This document shows, piece after piece, positions 1 to 10,800 of a stretch of 64,000 bases of DNA (the first letter of the stretch is position 1; each line of letters begins with the position of its first letter). The translations under genes and the position numbers were made by a program. The notes beneath the pieces were generated by a model. The model was not told where the DNA came from, did no database searches, and saw nothing but the letters and a program-made list of their open reading frames with translations. The stretch is from an uncultured Clostridia bacterium (GTDB lineage: Bacteria; Bacillota; Clostridia; TANB77; CAG-508). Location of the stretch: the NCBI GenBank assembly GCA_944389225.1, contig CALXLP010000002.1, forward strand, positions 30,658-94,657, given 5' to 3'.

Positions 1-531
1 GGTCTTTTAGAGAAATTAGATTATTATGAATTAGAAGGTGTTATTGCTCATGAAATGAGTCATATCAAGAATTATGATATACGTTTAAGTTGTGTAGTTT
101 CTGTTATGGTAGGTTTTATTGTAATGCTATCTGATTTATTTTCTCGTACATTATTCTGGGGTGGAATGAAAGATAGAGATAGTGATAGTAAAGCAAATGG
201 TATACTCATGTTAATTGGATTAGTTTTTCTAATTTTAGCACCTATATTTGGCTCTTTAATGCAACTTGCCTTATCTAGGAAACGTGAATTTTTAGCAGAT
301 AGTACTGCTGTTGAATTTACACGTAATCCAGATGGTTTAATTTCTGCTTTAGAAAAATTAGAAAATGATCCTAATCAATTAAAAACTGCCAATAATGCAA
401 CTGCTAATATGTATATCATTAACCCCTTTAAGAAAAATGCTAAAAATGACAAGAAGAGAAGTACAAATATATGGTCTACTCATCCTAGTACAGCTGATAG
501 AATTGAAGCTTTACGAAATTTGAAATATTAG
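1..531 (+). CDS. htpX: HtpX-like M48 zinc metalloprotease, 5' end cut by the window edge
   Basis: The frame is open from base 1. It translates ...LEGVIAHEMSHIKNYD (HExxH zinc motif), then TM segments and a C-terminal STHPSTADRIEAL typical of HtpX. Confidence 0.85.
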   Translation, partial: GLLEKLDYYELEGVIAHEMSHIKNYDIRLSCVVSVMVGFIVMLSDLFSRTLFWGGMKDRDSDSKANGILMLIGLVFLILAPIFGSLMQLALSRKREFLADSTAVEFTRNPDGLISALEKLENDPNQLKTANNATANMYIINPFKKNAKNDKKRSTNIWSTHPSTADRIEALRNLKY

Positions 532-569
532 AAAATACACCATAAATAGTAAATATTTATGGTGTATTT

Positions 570-1361
570 TTATATATTAAAAATATTTTTTGCATTTGTA
601 TAAGTTATTTTTGCAATTTCCTCTATTGTTTTTCCTTTTACATCTGCTATTTTTTGTGCAATATATTTCACATTTCTTGGATCATTTCTGGTTCCTCTAA
701 CTGGTTCTGGAGCTAAATATGGGCTATCTGTTTCGATTAACATTCTATCCTCTGGTACTATTTCTATGATTTCATTTGCATTCTTGGAATTCTTAAAAGT
801 AATTGGACCAGCAAATGATATATAAAATCCAAGTTTTAATGCTTCTTTTACCAATTCTCTATTTAATGGGCAACAATGAAAAACTCCTTTTTTATTAACT
901 GTATATTCCTTTAAAATTTCAAGTGTATCCATAACCGCATCTCTTGTATGAATCACAATTGGTAAATCTAATGTATTTGCTATCTCAATTTGCTTAATAA
1001 ATACTTGTTTTTGTAATTCTCTTCTTTGTAAATCTTTTTCCCAATAATAATCTAATCCAATTTCTCCAATTGCTACAATTTTTTTATCTTTTATATTATC
1101 TTTCACTAAATTCTTAATTATCTCTATATCTTTCCACAATTTTTCTTCATTTTGTGGAATATCATTTGGAGAAACACCACAAGTTGTGTATATATAATCA
1201 TATGTTTTTGACAATGCCACACCTTTTATAGAACCTTCTACACTATATCCTGCTGAAACAAACTTTGTAATATCTGCTTTTTTTATTTCTGCAATTAGTT
1301 TTTCTCTATCTTCATCAAATCTTTCATCATCTAAATGACAATGACTATCAAAAAACTCCAT
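570..1361 (-). CDS. tatD: TatD-family metal-dependent hydrolase/DNase
   Basis: 263 aa. It has the N-terminal FDSHCHLDD motif and internal HTRDA and ETDSPYL motifs characteristic of TatD/YabD. An RBS (aaaggaggt) lies upstream. Confidence 0.9.
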   Translation of the reverse strand: MEFFDSHCHLDDERFDEDREKLIAEIKKADITKFVSAGYSVEGSIKGVALSKTYDYIYTTCGVSPNDIPQNEEKLWKDIEIIKNLVKDNIKDKKIVAIGEIGLDYYWEKDLQRRELQKQVFIKQIEIANTLDLPIVIHTRDAVMDTLEILKEYTVNKKGVFHCCPLNRELVKEALKLGFYISFAGPITFKNSKNANEIIEIVPEDRMLIETDSPYLAPEPVRGTRNDPRNVKYIAQKIADVKGKTIEEIAKITYTNAKNIFNI

Positions 1362-1472
1362 TCTTATCTACCTCCTTTATTCAATTAATACATTTCTATT
1401 TGGACATTTTTTATCAAAAAGTCAAAAAACAAATGTGTTTCTGTATAATGTTTTCATATATAATAGACTCAT

Positions 1473-1676
1473 AAAAGTTGATATAATATTATTTTTAAAT
1501 GTTCGACGCTTGATTGTAATGAAAATTAGAATTCATTTGGTTTTCGAATGAGGAATGTTCACGATACTCGAGTTCACGAGAGGGTCTGAGTGAAAGAGGC
1601 TCATGAGAAAGCCTTATGAATTCTTTTTGAATGAAATGAACAGGAGAAATTTGAAAATAATATTATATCAACTTTT
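1473..1676. repeat. 23-bp perfect inverted repeat (1473-1495 / 1654-1676) enclosing a 158-nt GC-richer core, in the acpS-tatD intergenic region
   Basis: Direct reading: aaaagttgatataatattatttt at 1473-1495 is the exact reverse complement of 1654-1676. A nested inner stem pairs agaattcat (1529-1537) with atgaattct (1615-1623). Confidence 0.85.
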
Positions 1677-1720
1677 TTATTTTTTAAAGCATTATCTAAT
1701 AACACATTACACTCTCCAAA

Positions 1721-1755
1721 ATGTCCAAACAGAAACGTCCCCAATTGTCCCAAAC
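1721..1755. repeat. Copy of the dispersed GGGGACGT...GGAC intergenic repeat (half-element variant)
   Basis: atgtccaaacagaaacgtcccca is nearly identical to 39383-39406. It lies 10 nt downstream of the acpS stop codon. Confidence 0.7.
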
Positions 1756-1765
1756 TTTCAAAATA

Positions 1766-2140
1766 TTATTTCCAAACAACGATTACATTTGCTGTTGCAT
1801 ATTCTCTGCAATGCGAAATACTAATATCCATTTCTTCTATTTCTTGTATTTCTATATTCAACAAACCTGCATGTGGTCTTCCATTTTCATCATTTACTAC
1901 TTCTATGTTTTTCCAACCAATATCATATTTATTATTCAATTTACGTGAAATCGCTTTAAACACTGCTTCTTTTGCCGCAAATCTGGCCGCATAGTGTTGA
2001 TATTTTTGACTATTTTTACTTTCACAATATTGAATTTCTTTATCTGTATAAACACGTTCTAAAAATTTTTTTCCTAAGTCTTCTATACTTTCTTTTATTC
2101 TTTTTATCTCTATTATATCTGTTCCACAACTTATTTTCAT
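1766..2140 (-). CDS. acpS: Holo-[acyl-carrier-protein] synthase
   Basis: 124 aa. The sequence MKISCGTDIIEIKRI...RFAAKEAVFKA...ISISH shows the typical AcpS 4'-phosphopantetheinyl transferase pattern. Confidence 0.9.
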   Translation of the reverse strand: MKISCGTDIIEIKRIKESIEDLGKKFLERVYTDKEIQYCESKNSQKYQHYAARFAAKEAVFKAISRKLNNKYDIGWKNIEVVNDENGRPHAGLLNIEIQEIEEMDISISHCREYATANVIVVWK

Positions 2141-2225
2141 ATGATAAATTCCTTTTCTTTTTATCTATTAAATTAAAATTGGGAAGATATCTCTTCCCTT
2201 TCATTTGTTATCTATTTAGTTCTCT

Positions 2226-3467
2226 TTAGTGTTCCGCTAACAATACAAAATTCAATATATTAAATACTAATGAAGCAATTAATATAATGGAAATTGCTAT
2301 TGTTACATTTTTATTTTTCTCAATATTAAGTTCTTTGTATAAAACATCATATTCATTTTTTACTTCGTGATATAATTGTTCCAATCCTAATATTTCTTTT
2401 ACCTTATGATCAAACATGGTTCCTATTTCATCTTCTGTTACTTCTTGAATCCATACATTTTTCGTAAATGCTATAAATTCTTTTCTTACACTTTTTATTT
2501 TGGTTGGATGTTTAAATTCCAAACTTAATTTTTTTAAATAAATTTTTTTATACAATTCAAATATATATGTATATAAATATTGTTGTTCAAATTCATTTGG
2601 TAAAATTGTGTAGTTATTAATATCAATTGATGAAGAAAACAATGTTACACCATATTTTGTGATTCCCATTTTTGTATATTTCCATTTTGATAATGATAAC
2701 ATATCATCTTCTCTTAAGCTGGCTGAGTTATCAGCAGGTAAAAATCTAACAAATTTGATAAAGTTATTTTCTATGTTTTCAAATGGGTTGTCCACATTCC
2801 ATGCTGATTGGTCTATACACACATATGAATATGTTAAAAATCGTTCTGTATCAATATCTAATTTTATTGCTTCTACATTAGACCCTGTAAGCCCTTTTAT
2901 AAAATCTGTAAGCTTATCAATACTTGCAAAACTGTCTGTTTGTATATTGATTTTATCATAATTATTTAAAGTTCGATTATCTTGCTTAATATCTCTAAAT
3001 TTATAGTTAAAATTTAAAACATCTGAAAAAGTAGGATTATCTTCTATATTTGTTTTCATACACAAGAAGCAGATTCCTGTTTGAAAACAGATAATTTCTA
3101 TTTTACGTATTTTAAAGAAGATACCTTTTCCATCTCCTGCCTTTCCTTGAATATCATTTTTTATTGTATATTCAAATATACTGCAAGGATATTTTGAAAG
3201 CACTGCTGCTTGTGTCTCTATTGGCATTTCTTTAAATTTGGTATATTTCGCATTTGTAAAACTAAAACTTGAAAAAAGGAATTCTCTCATTTTTGGTGTA
3301 AAATGCTTGTATAATCTTAAATCTTTTTCTTTTTCAAATCTTTTTAATTTACAATTTTCATCTTTTAATAATCGTAATATATATTTTTGATATTTCTTTT
3401 GTTTTACAACAAAAGGATGTATAAAATATGTGTATTGATAGTTTATCTTTAGTTCCATCTTTATCAC
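2226..3467 (-). CDS. Hypothetical protein with a single C-terminal transmembrane helix
   Basis: Long ORF (413 aa) with native composition. The C terminus VTIAISIILIASLVFNILNFVLL is hydrophobic. I recognise no family with confidence. Confidence 0.55.
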   Translation of the reverse strand: MIKMELKINYQYTYFIHPFVVKQKKYQKYILRLLKDENCKLKRFEKEKDLRLYKHFTPKMREFLFSSFSFTNAKYTKFKEMPIETQAAVLSKYPCSIFEYTIKNDIQGKAGDGKGIFFKIRKIEIICFQTGICFLCMKTNIEDNPTFSDVLNFNYKFRDIKQDNRTLNNYDKINIQTDSFASIDKLTDFIKGLTGSNVEAIKLDIDTERFLTYSYVCIDQSAWNVDNPFENIENNFIKFVRFLPADNSASLREDDMLSLSKWKYTKMGITKYGVTLFSSSIDINNYTILPNEFEQQYLYTYIFELYKKIYLKKLSLEFKHPTKIKSVRKEFIAFTKNVWIQEVTEDEIGTMFDHKVKEILGLEQLYHEVKNEYDVLYKELNIEKNKNVTIAISIILIASLVFNILNFVLLAEH

Positions 3468-3480
3468 CTTTTTTAATATT

Positions 3481-5001
3481 TTATTCTTGGTTATAATAGT
3501 TCATATTAATATCTTTTCCTAAGTGCCATTTTCCAATAAAATCAACAACTAAGTAATCATCTAAATTGTATGTAGGTTCTTGTACAACCTCTCCTTTATT
3601 GTTAATTGCACCCCATTTTCCATCTTTTTTCACTGCTGCAAATCCATATTCATTTTGTTCTGTTGCATCATCATACATATATTCTACCACAACATTTCCG
3701 TCTTTGTCTACATATCCATATAGATTATCTTTTTTATCTAAATACAATGTATTGCTACTTAAAATTTCTGTCTTATCTCTTTCTTCAAATTTAAAGTTAT
3801 AATATTTATATTCATCATCTTGTCTTAATTCAAAATAGCCTGCAGTTGTGTTCATTTCAATTAAGATTCCTGTTTGTTGTACATCAAAATTACTATTTAA
3901 GATGTTACTATTGAAGGTTTCATCTTCTGCAATATAAATATCTCCCGTTTCATTATATGTAATAGATTGATAATTGAATGGTACTTTTTCGTTATTCTCA
4001 ATATCAACAATTCCTTGTGTTTCTCCTTTTGTTGCAATAAAGATATTCGCTTTTGCCTCTACTAAATTATCATATTGTGCCTCTATCAAAACTTCTCCTG
4101 CTAAGCTCATAACACCATATTTTCCATTTGAAATATAAATAACCCCTTGATCTTTTGTCTTTAATATGGCTGCTATCTGTTCAAAGCCTTGTGTTAAAAC
4201 ATCTTCTCCATTTTTATTGATTAGTTTTTGACTTCCATCTTGTGTTACTACATATAAATCATTTCCATATACTTTTTCAATTTCTTGGTATTGATTTTGT
4301 AAAATTACTTTCTTTGAAGAATCAACAATCCCATATAATCCTGTATCATCTTTTACAATATAACCATCTCTATTTGTCTTCCCTAAATTTGTAATTTCTG
4401 CATAATTAACATTTAAAATCATTCTTCCTTCTCTATCTGCTACACCGTATTTTCCATCTTTTTCAATTAACAATGCATTTTCTACTCCTGGAATTGCCTC
4501 TATACTATCATACTCTGTATTTAATATAGTATCTCCTTCAAAATTAATCGTTCCCCATTTTCCATCTTTTTGAACCTTTAATACATTATCCTCATACCAT
4601 AGATTATTATTTGTATCATGGTTACTAATTGCTTCAATTTTTGTGTAATCTGTAAAAATCTCTTGATTTTTGCTATTTAAAGCTTTGCTTGAATATTCTC
4701 CTGTGTCATAATTTACATCATATGTACAAAGAAAGATATCTGTTTTATTATCTGGAACAATAATCATTTCTTCATAAGAAGGTTCAATGACTGTATCGCC
4801 ATTTTCATCAATAACACCCCATTTGTTGTTTTTATATGCTGCAAAATATGTTTTACTAGAAATTTTTCCTCTACTACTTTCTTTTTGAAAAATTCCTCTT
4901 ATAATAAATACAGACATAATTATCACAACAATTGCTAAAATGACTGCAAAAACTTTTTTCATATTTAACTTTGGTTCCTCATATCTTCTTCCTCTACTCA
5001 T
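3481..5001 (-). CDS. Membrane-anchored WG/KWG-repeat protein
   Basis: 506 aa with an N-terminal TM anchor. At least 7 repeats of the type GKWGVIDxxGxxVIEPxYDxI are present (KWGVIDENGDTVIEPSYEEM, GKWGTINFEGDTILNTEYDSI, GKYGVADREGRMILNVNYAEI and others). Confidence 0.8.
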   Translation of the reverse strand: MSRGRRYEEPKLNMKKVFAVILAIVVIIMSVFIIRGIFQKESSRGKISSKTYFAAYKNNKWGVIDENGDTVIEPSYEEMIIVPDNKTDIFLCTYDVNYDTGEYSSKALNSKNQEIFTDYTKIEAISNHDTNNNLWYEDNVLKVQKDGKWGTINFEGDTILNTEYDSIEAIPGVENALLIEKDGKYGVADREGRMILNVNYAEITNLGKTNRDGYIVKDDTGLYGIVDSSKKVILQNQYQEIEKVYGNDLYVVTQDGSQKLINKNGEDVLTQGFEQIAAILKTKDQGVIYISNGKYGVMSLAGEVLIEAQYDNLVEAKANIFIATKGETQGIVDIENNEKVPFNYQSITYNETGDIYIAEDETFNSNILNSNFDVQQTGILIEMNTTAGYFELRQDDEYKYYNFKFEERDKTEILSSNTLYLDKKDNLYGYVDKDGNVVVEYMYDDATEQNEYGFAAVKKDGKWGAINNKGEVVQEPTYNLDDYLVVDFIGKWHLGKDINMNYYNQE

Positions 5002-5019
5002 TAATTTTTTTCCTCCTAA

Positions 5020-7437
5020 TTACATATCCTTTTGCATAAATTTACACACGATGACACTCATATCATCTTTTGTTTTTCCAAAATTGTTATCTATTGCTTC
5101 ATTTAATACAATATCTGCAATTTTTTTTGTATTTTTTGTTTCAATATCTTCTAATAAATATTTAATCCATAATTCTTTATTCTTATATTCTATATTGGAA
5201 TCTAATATACCATCTGTACACATAAGCATGATTTGTTCATTTTGTATATCTGTATCAAATACTTGTATATTATCTTGATTAACCATTCCTGCAGGAAGCG
5301 AATTTGATTTTATAATTTGTACTTTTTTATTTTTCTTTATATAAGTTGGACATGCTCCACTTTTTATAAATTCAATAGTTCCTTTGTATAAGTCTATAAT
5401 AGCAATATCTAATGTAGCAAAAATCTCTTCATTTTTGCTAATTAAAGTAGATGTAATCAATTCAATAGAGCTATCTTTGTCAAATCCAGATTTTAATAAG
5501 TTTTGTAACATAGCCAATGCCTGCATACTACTTTCATTGGCTTTTCTTCCTGTTCCTATTCCATCACTTAATGCAATAACATATTTTCCATCTTTTAGCC
5601 TTGTATTCATGAAATTATCACCAGAAACTTCACTTTGATTTTTACTAGAATCTGCTGTCGCAAATCCTATCACATATTTGTCATCAGAAATATATATCAA
5701 GTCTGTTTCCGTAGAGTTTTCATCATTTAAAATAATCTTTTCTTTTAAAACTTTTGTAAGTATTTTTTCTATTATACGGTTATCTGCTATTTCTTCTAAT
5801 AATATATGAACTATATATCTATCTTTCTTATTGACTGCTACTTCTTTTACATTGATTTCTTTTTGTTTCAATAATTCAATAATTTCAATTTCTTGTTTTG
5901 TATAGTCCTCTTCTTTAACCGTTTCATTTTGAATATCTTTTGCAATTCCTGATATTACTTTTGAAACACCTCTTAATTGTGTTTCCATATTCTTTTTGTT
6001 TTCTTCTAATTTTCTTTTCCAAACAAAATTATTTTTACTTACTTTATATGAAATATTTAAAATTCTCAAGATTTGTAATATATTTTCTTCTAGATATCCA
6101 CTAACTTCTTTGTCATCAAATCCTATAATATAACTATTACAATCTGCAAAGATCTTTAATAAATCTTCTCTTTCAATCTCTTGTTTGTCTAATAACAAAT
6201 TAAATATTTCATCTATAATTTTTCCATTTACATTAGCAATATCTTCATATAATAAATTGTCTTTATATGGTTCTAAATTATTTAATAATTCATTAATAAA
6301 TATTTGCTTATTTTCTTCTTTTTCTTCAACAGAGAACTCTTTTTTCGTATCTTTTGCATAAGCATTTGCCATTTTTTTGATAGTTTCTGATACATTATTT
6401 AATTTTTCAACTGTTTCTTTTTCTCTTGTCAAACTTCTTTCTCTAGAGATTGGTAAAAATTTTGAGCCTCCTACAAATTCTTCTATATCAATATGAATAT
6501 TTTTAGGTATAGCTAATAGCATAATAGATGCTAATAGGATTTCTTTGAAATAGATTAATTCTACTGTATATCCATTTGATGCATATACTAATATCACATT
6601 TCCTATACAAAATCCAACAATAACACCAATTCTCCCAAAGCGATTTAAAAATCCTGCCACCATGCCAGAAATTGCATAAGCCGCTATAATAATTGGCTCT
6701 CCTCCTGTAATAATTCCAAGAGTGACACCAATCGTTACACCTGAAGTAGCTCCTACCAATACGCCATTTTTCCAACCTAAAACTAACACAATGAATATAC
6801 TAAGTATATTTCTGATTGAAAATCCTAAAATAGATATATCCGAAAAAGCACTTACGGCTATCGCTAATAGAAGGCTTGTACCAATAACTTCTTCAATTGA
6901 AAATGCTTTTTTTTCTCCAAAATTTTCAATAACAGAAATAGAATTTGCAAATATTTTATAAAATGCAATCGTAATAATTGTATATGTAATACTTAATAAT
7001 ATGTCGTAAAATGTTAATGTAGAAAATAATGCTTTTAGGATTTGAATGATAAAAACAGCAATAAACATGTTTTTACCAACTTTAATTTTTTCATTTCTTT
7101 CTTCCTCGTTATATTTTGGTTTTATAATGAATAAACTGATAAAAAATACAAGGCTGGTTAGGAAATACTCTAATCCTCCTCCTACGCCAAACTTAATCAT
7201 ATTTCCTATTAAAGATACCACTGTCACGCCTAAAAGAGGGATAGAGGATGAAAAGCAAGCCCCTAATATACTAATACTAAATAATGAAAAATCCCCTCCT
7301 ACGCCCACTAGTGACAACATAAAAGATAGGATATACATGATAATATTATTGGTTTTCATAATTTCTGACCATTTACTAACCGTTTCTTTTTTTCTATCCT
7401 GTATTGTATATTCATTTATATTTTGAAACATATTCAC
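5020..7437 (-). CDS. spoIIE: Stage II sporulation protein E (polytopic membrane PP2C phosphatase)
   Basis: 805 aa. About 10 N-terminal TM helices are followed by a central region and a C-terminal PP2C domain (GDNFM...ALSDGIGTGRKANESS...CTDGILD...KDDMSVIV). Confidence 0.9.
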   Translation of the reverse strand: MNMFQNINEYTIQDRKKETVSKWSEIMKTNNIIMYILSFMLSLVGVGGDFSLFSISILGACFSSSIPLLGVTVVSLIGNMIKFGVGGGLEYFLTSLVFFISLFIIKPKYNEEERNEKIKVGKNMFIAVFIIQILKALFSTLTFYDILLSITYTIITIAFYKIFANSISVIENFGEKKAFSIEEVIGTSLLLAIAVSAFSDISILGFSIRNILSIFIVLVLGWKNGVLVGATSGVTIGVTLGIITGGEPIIIAAYAISGMVAGFLNRFGRIGVIVGFCIGNVILVYASNGYTVELIYFKEILLASIMLLAIPKNIHIDIEEFVGGSKFLPISRERSLTREKETVEKLNNVSETIKKMANAYAKDTKKEFSVEEKEENKQIFINELLNNLEPYKDNLLYEDIANVNGKIIDEIFNLLLDKQEIEREDLLKIFADCNSYIIGFDDKEVSGYLEENILQILRILNISYKVSKNNFVWKRKLEENKKNMETQLRGVSKVISGIAKDIQNETVKEEDYTKQEIEIIELLKQKEINVKEVAVNKKDRYIVHILLEEIADNRIIEKILTKVLKEKIILNDENSTETDLIYISDDKYVIGFATADSSKNQSEVSGDNFMNTRLKDGKYVIALSDGIGTGRKANESSMQALAMLQNLLKSGFDKDSSIELITSTLISKNEEIFATLDIAIIDLYKGTIEFIKSGACPTYIKKNKKVQIIKSNSLPAGMVNQDNIQVFDTDIQNEQIMLMCTDGILDSNIEYKNKELWIKYLLEDIETKNTKKIADIVLNEAIDNNFGKTKDDMSVIVCKFMQKDM

Positions 7438-7638
7438 ATACCACCTTTACCTAATATATACGCTATATTTTACTACTTGTCTTTCGTGGTTTTTGTCTTT
7501 TTTAGTAAGTAATTACTAATAACTTTTTTACAGAATATACTGTTTTTTTGTTTTATCTTTTTTTATATTCCTTTTTCTTTGTTTTTATGTTTTTTATTTT
7601 ATTACAGAATGTCAAAAAAAGCAATATCATAACTTTAA

Positions 7639-7817
7639 TTCAATACAAAAACTGGGCATTATATATATTATATTTTAAGCGGGTTTCGTGGGGACCGACA
7701 CGCTACATATTGTTAATAAATCAGCGACAGTCCCGTGGGAGCTGATTTATCTACAATATGTCAAGTGTTGGGATAGCAAAAAATATAATATATATAATGC
7801 CCAGTTTTTGTATTGAA
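7639..7817. repeat. 38-bp perfect inverted repeat (7639-7676 / 7780-7817) enclosing a 103-nt GC-rich core, about 200 nt upstream of spoIIE
   Basis: Direct reading: ttcaatacaaaaactgggcattatatatattatatttt is the exact reverse complement of 7780-7817. The core contains a second imperfect stem, acatattgttaataaatcagc / gctgatttatctacaatatgt. Confidence 0.9.
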
Positions 7818-7826
7818 AAATATTGA

Positions 7827-7860
7827 CAAAAAAATCATCCCTATTTAGGAATGATTTTTT
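7827..7860 (-). terminator. Rho-independent terminator of the 1801-aa surface-protein gene
   Basis: On the minus strand a 9-bp stem (aucauuccu / agggaugau, with one G-U pair) is followed by a U run. It lies about 20 nt after the stop codon at 7881. Confidence 0.7.
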
Positions 7861-7880
7861 ATTTTATACTTTTATTCATA

Positions 7881-10800
7881 TTAATTTTTTAATACTTTCT
7901 TTTTGATAATTACAATACCTACACCCATGATGATTAGAACACTGATTCCAATAATTCCATAGATCCAATATGCTCTACTTTCACCAGTAGGTGGTGTAAT
8001 GGTTACTTCTACTTCATCATCATCTAGTTCATCTTCTGTATATGTATCTGTGTATGGATCATATGATTCATTTGTTGTTGGGTTATAGTTACCAGGAATT
8101 GAATCATATGTTTTTCTTCCTTTTAGTTTAACAATTTCTATATCATTTTCATATGTCATATCATCTGTTGAAGTTGATAATTGTTTTGATACTACCATAC
8201 TTGTATCTACAGCTTCTGAACCAGGTGTCATATTTTCGAATATTGGGTTTGCTAAATGTATAATATTTTGACGACCTTTTACCTCATCATATATTACACC
8301 TGCAAGAAGTTGATCTTTCATGTCTTCTGTTATATCAATTCTTTCCCAGTTGTTTCCATCTGTTGATTGTAATACTAAATCTTCAGGTAAGTAGTCAAAC
8401 ATATCTACAACAGTTGCAATTTCCCAATCTGCATTTCCCGTTGGTACTGTTCCATAAATATAGTAATCATCATTATTATAGTCAATTTCACAATTGCTAT
8501 TGTCTACTGATATTTCATAAGTTATTCTTAATGTTGAACCTTGTATAATTTCATTATCAATCTCAATATATACATCATCATCTAATACCCTAACACCTGA
8601 TAGATTTTGACTTCTTGGATCTCCATTTATCAAGTCATTACCATTAGGTAAAACAATTTGTATATTAGCTACTTGTTTATCAACAATTAGAGATTGTCTA
8701 GGTCTTTCTATAATACCAAAATCGATATTATCAAATATAAATTTAAGTTGTCCATTTACACTATCAGCATATGTGCTGAAATTGTCTAAGTTAATATCAT
8801 AATCTAATTTAATATCAAACATTCTTGTATCAGCACTAATTTCTGTCAATCCTCCACTTGTTACTGCTGTTGCATAATTAATATCTTCTTCTGCATTTCT
8901 ATTTTGTATGATATTATCTATGATTGTTCCATCTGACATAATACCTAATGTATCTTTTGCATCTGATAGTCTTTGTACACCTTCAACATTACTTGTTTCT
9001 CCTCTATACCAGTAATCTGTCATAGCGTCAGCAGCCTCTTTATTTCCTCCTCTATAAATCGTAGATTTATAATTATCTATATCTACATTTTTAACCGTAT
9101 TACCATTTGAATCTACAATCACACTATTATCTCCATATGTGTATCTTAAAACATATTTTGATGGTATGACTCCTGAGAATTCATAAGTTCCCTGTCCATT
9201 TGTTGTTGTCTCAGCCCTTGCAGTACTTTCTTCTAACGTACTTGAGTTCCATTGATATAGTTCAGCTAATTCATATCCTGTATCTGTAACAGTCATTAAC
9301 TCTACTTTAACATCATTAACAACATTTTCTGTACTCTCATAGATACCATTACCTTTTCTTTCTTTGTTATATCCTGTTTGTGCTAGTAATTCTTCTATAG
9401 CACTATCTTCCCATACAGTACCTTGAACAATTCTTCCTTCTTTTACGCTAAGAATTAATGATGGTGCTTTATCTGTATCATCTTCAATTGTATCTGTTAT
9501 ATTAACTTTACCATCTACAACTTTAGGTTCAACTGTATCTGGTGCAGAGTCTACGTCAATTCCTGCATAAGGTACTGAGTAATTACTATCACTATATGTA
9601 GAATATGATGATACTTCTGTTATAGAATCTAATGTAACATCTTGATTTAAGATAGAATTTATTGCATCATTATTTAATTGATATGTAATTGTCAATTCCC
9701 TTGTTTGTCCATCTGGTATTTGATAATTTGTTTGTATATTTACTTTTTTCAAACCATTTTGATTGTAACTATCATCTACTTGAGATTCTATAATATTTCC
9801 GTTTTCATCTCTTACAACAACATTTTCATATCTTGCATCATAATAATTTGTTAATGTTTTTAAGTTCGTAAATAAACTTGATGATTCATTTGTCAATTGT
9901 ATTTTGTAAGTTACAAATATTTTTAATTTTCCTTCATTTCCTTCTTGTTTGTTGTACACAATGTCTGCTGAATATACTTCTCTTGAGTATGAATTGTCTA
10001 TATATTTGTTAGCAAATCTTACAGCTACATTAAGTGTATTATCTCCATTAATTACATTTTCTCCGATATAATTTGCTGGATCTTCAAATCTTTGTGCATA
10101 ATGATATGTATGTGTATAATCGTTAAAAGTAATTTGCACATCTTGCATATCTTGTAATACGAATAAGTCTGGCATTTGTCTTTCTTCTACACCTAAGTTT
10201 AACCCACCAATTTCTACTACTGCATTTTGTCTAATGTTCTCTGGTGTTAATCCAGTACAAAGTGCATATGTATTTGTTTCATCTTTTGCTGTAACAGCTT
10301 GTAATGTATATTGTTCATATGTTCCAGAGATTGGATATCTTTGTCCATCATATCCATATTTTACATTGTCTCCATAGATTACATGACTCTCATGATTTTC
10401 TGCATCATAATTGTATCGTATATCATATGTTTTATTTCCATTTGTATTAGCTGCTGCACCTTGACTAATTGTTGCATAATTATTGTTAAATTCATCTCTC
10501 AATGCTTCATCTGTTGCTGTATTTCTGCTACCACTATATTTTGTAATTGTATTTCCATTTGAAGTTGTTTCTGTATTTGGATTAAATTCTGGATTTACTG
10601 CTATTGATTGATAACTCATACCATTATATTCAAATTCAATATATGCTCCTGCTAATTTATCTATTTCTAGTTTTATTGCATTTGAATCTTCATCATAATT
10701 ACCAAATACATATTCACCATTTGCATCTGTAATTGCTTTATCCATTAAATTACCATCTTTATCTATTAATCTAACAGTTACATTTGCTAATCTCTTATCA

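Noticed and set aside
1575-1612. A hammerhead-ribozyme-like string, CTGAGTGAAAG...GAAAGCC, inside the 1473-1676 element.
   Set aside because: The catalytic core consensus CUGANGA is not met (there is an extra U), and the required three-stem arrangement could not be drawn.
1603-2229. ORFs 1603..1824, 1721..1948 and 1972..2229 on the plus strand.
   Set aside because: They overlap acpS in antisense or run through the structured intergenic element. Their translations are junk-like and no RBS is present.
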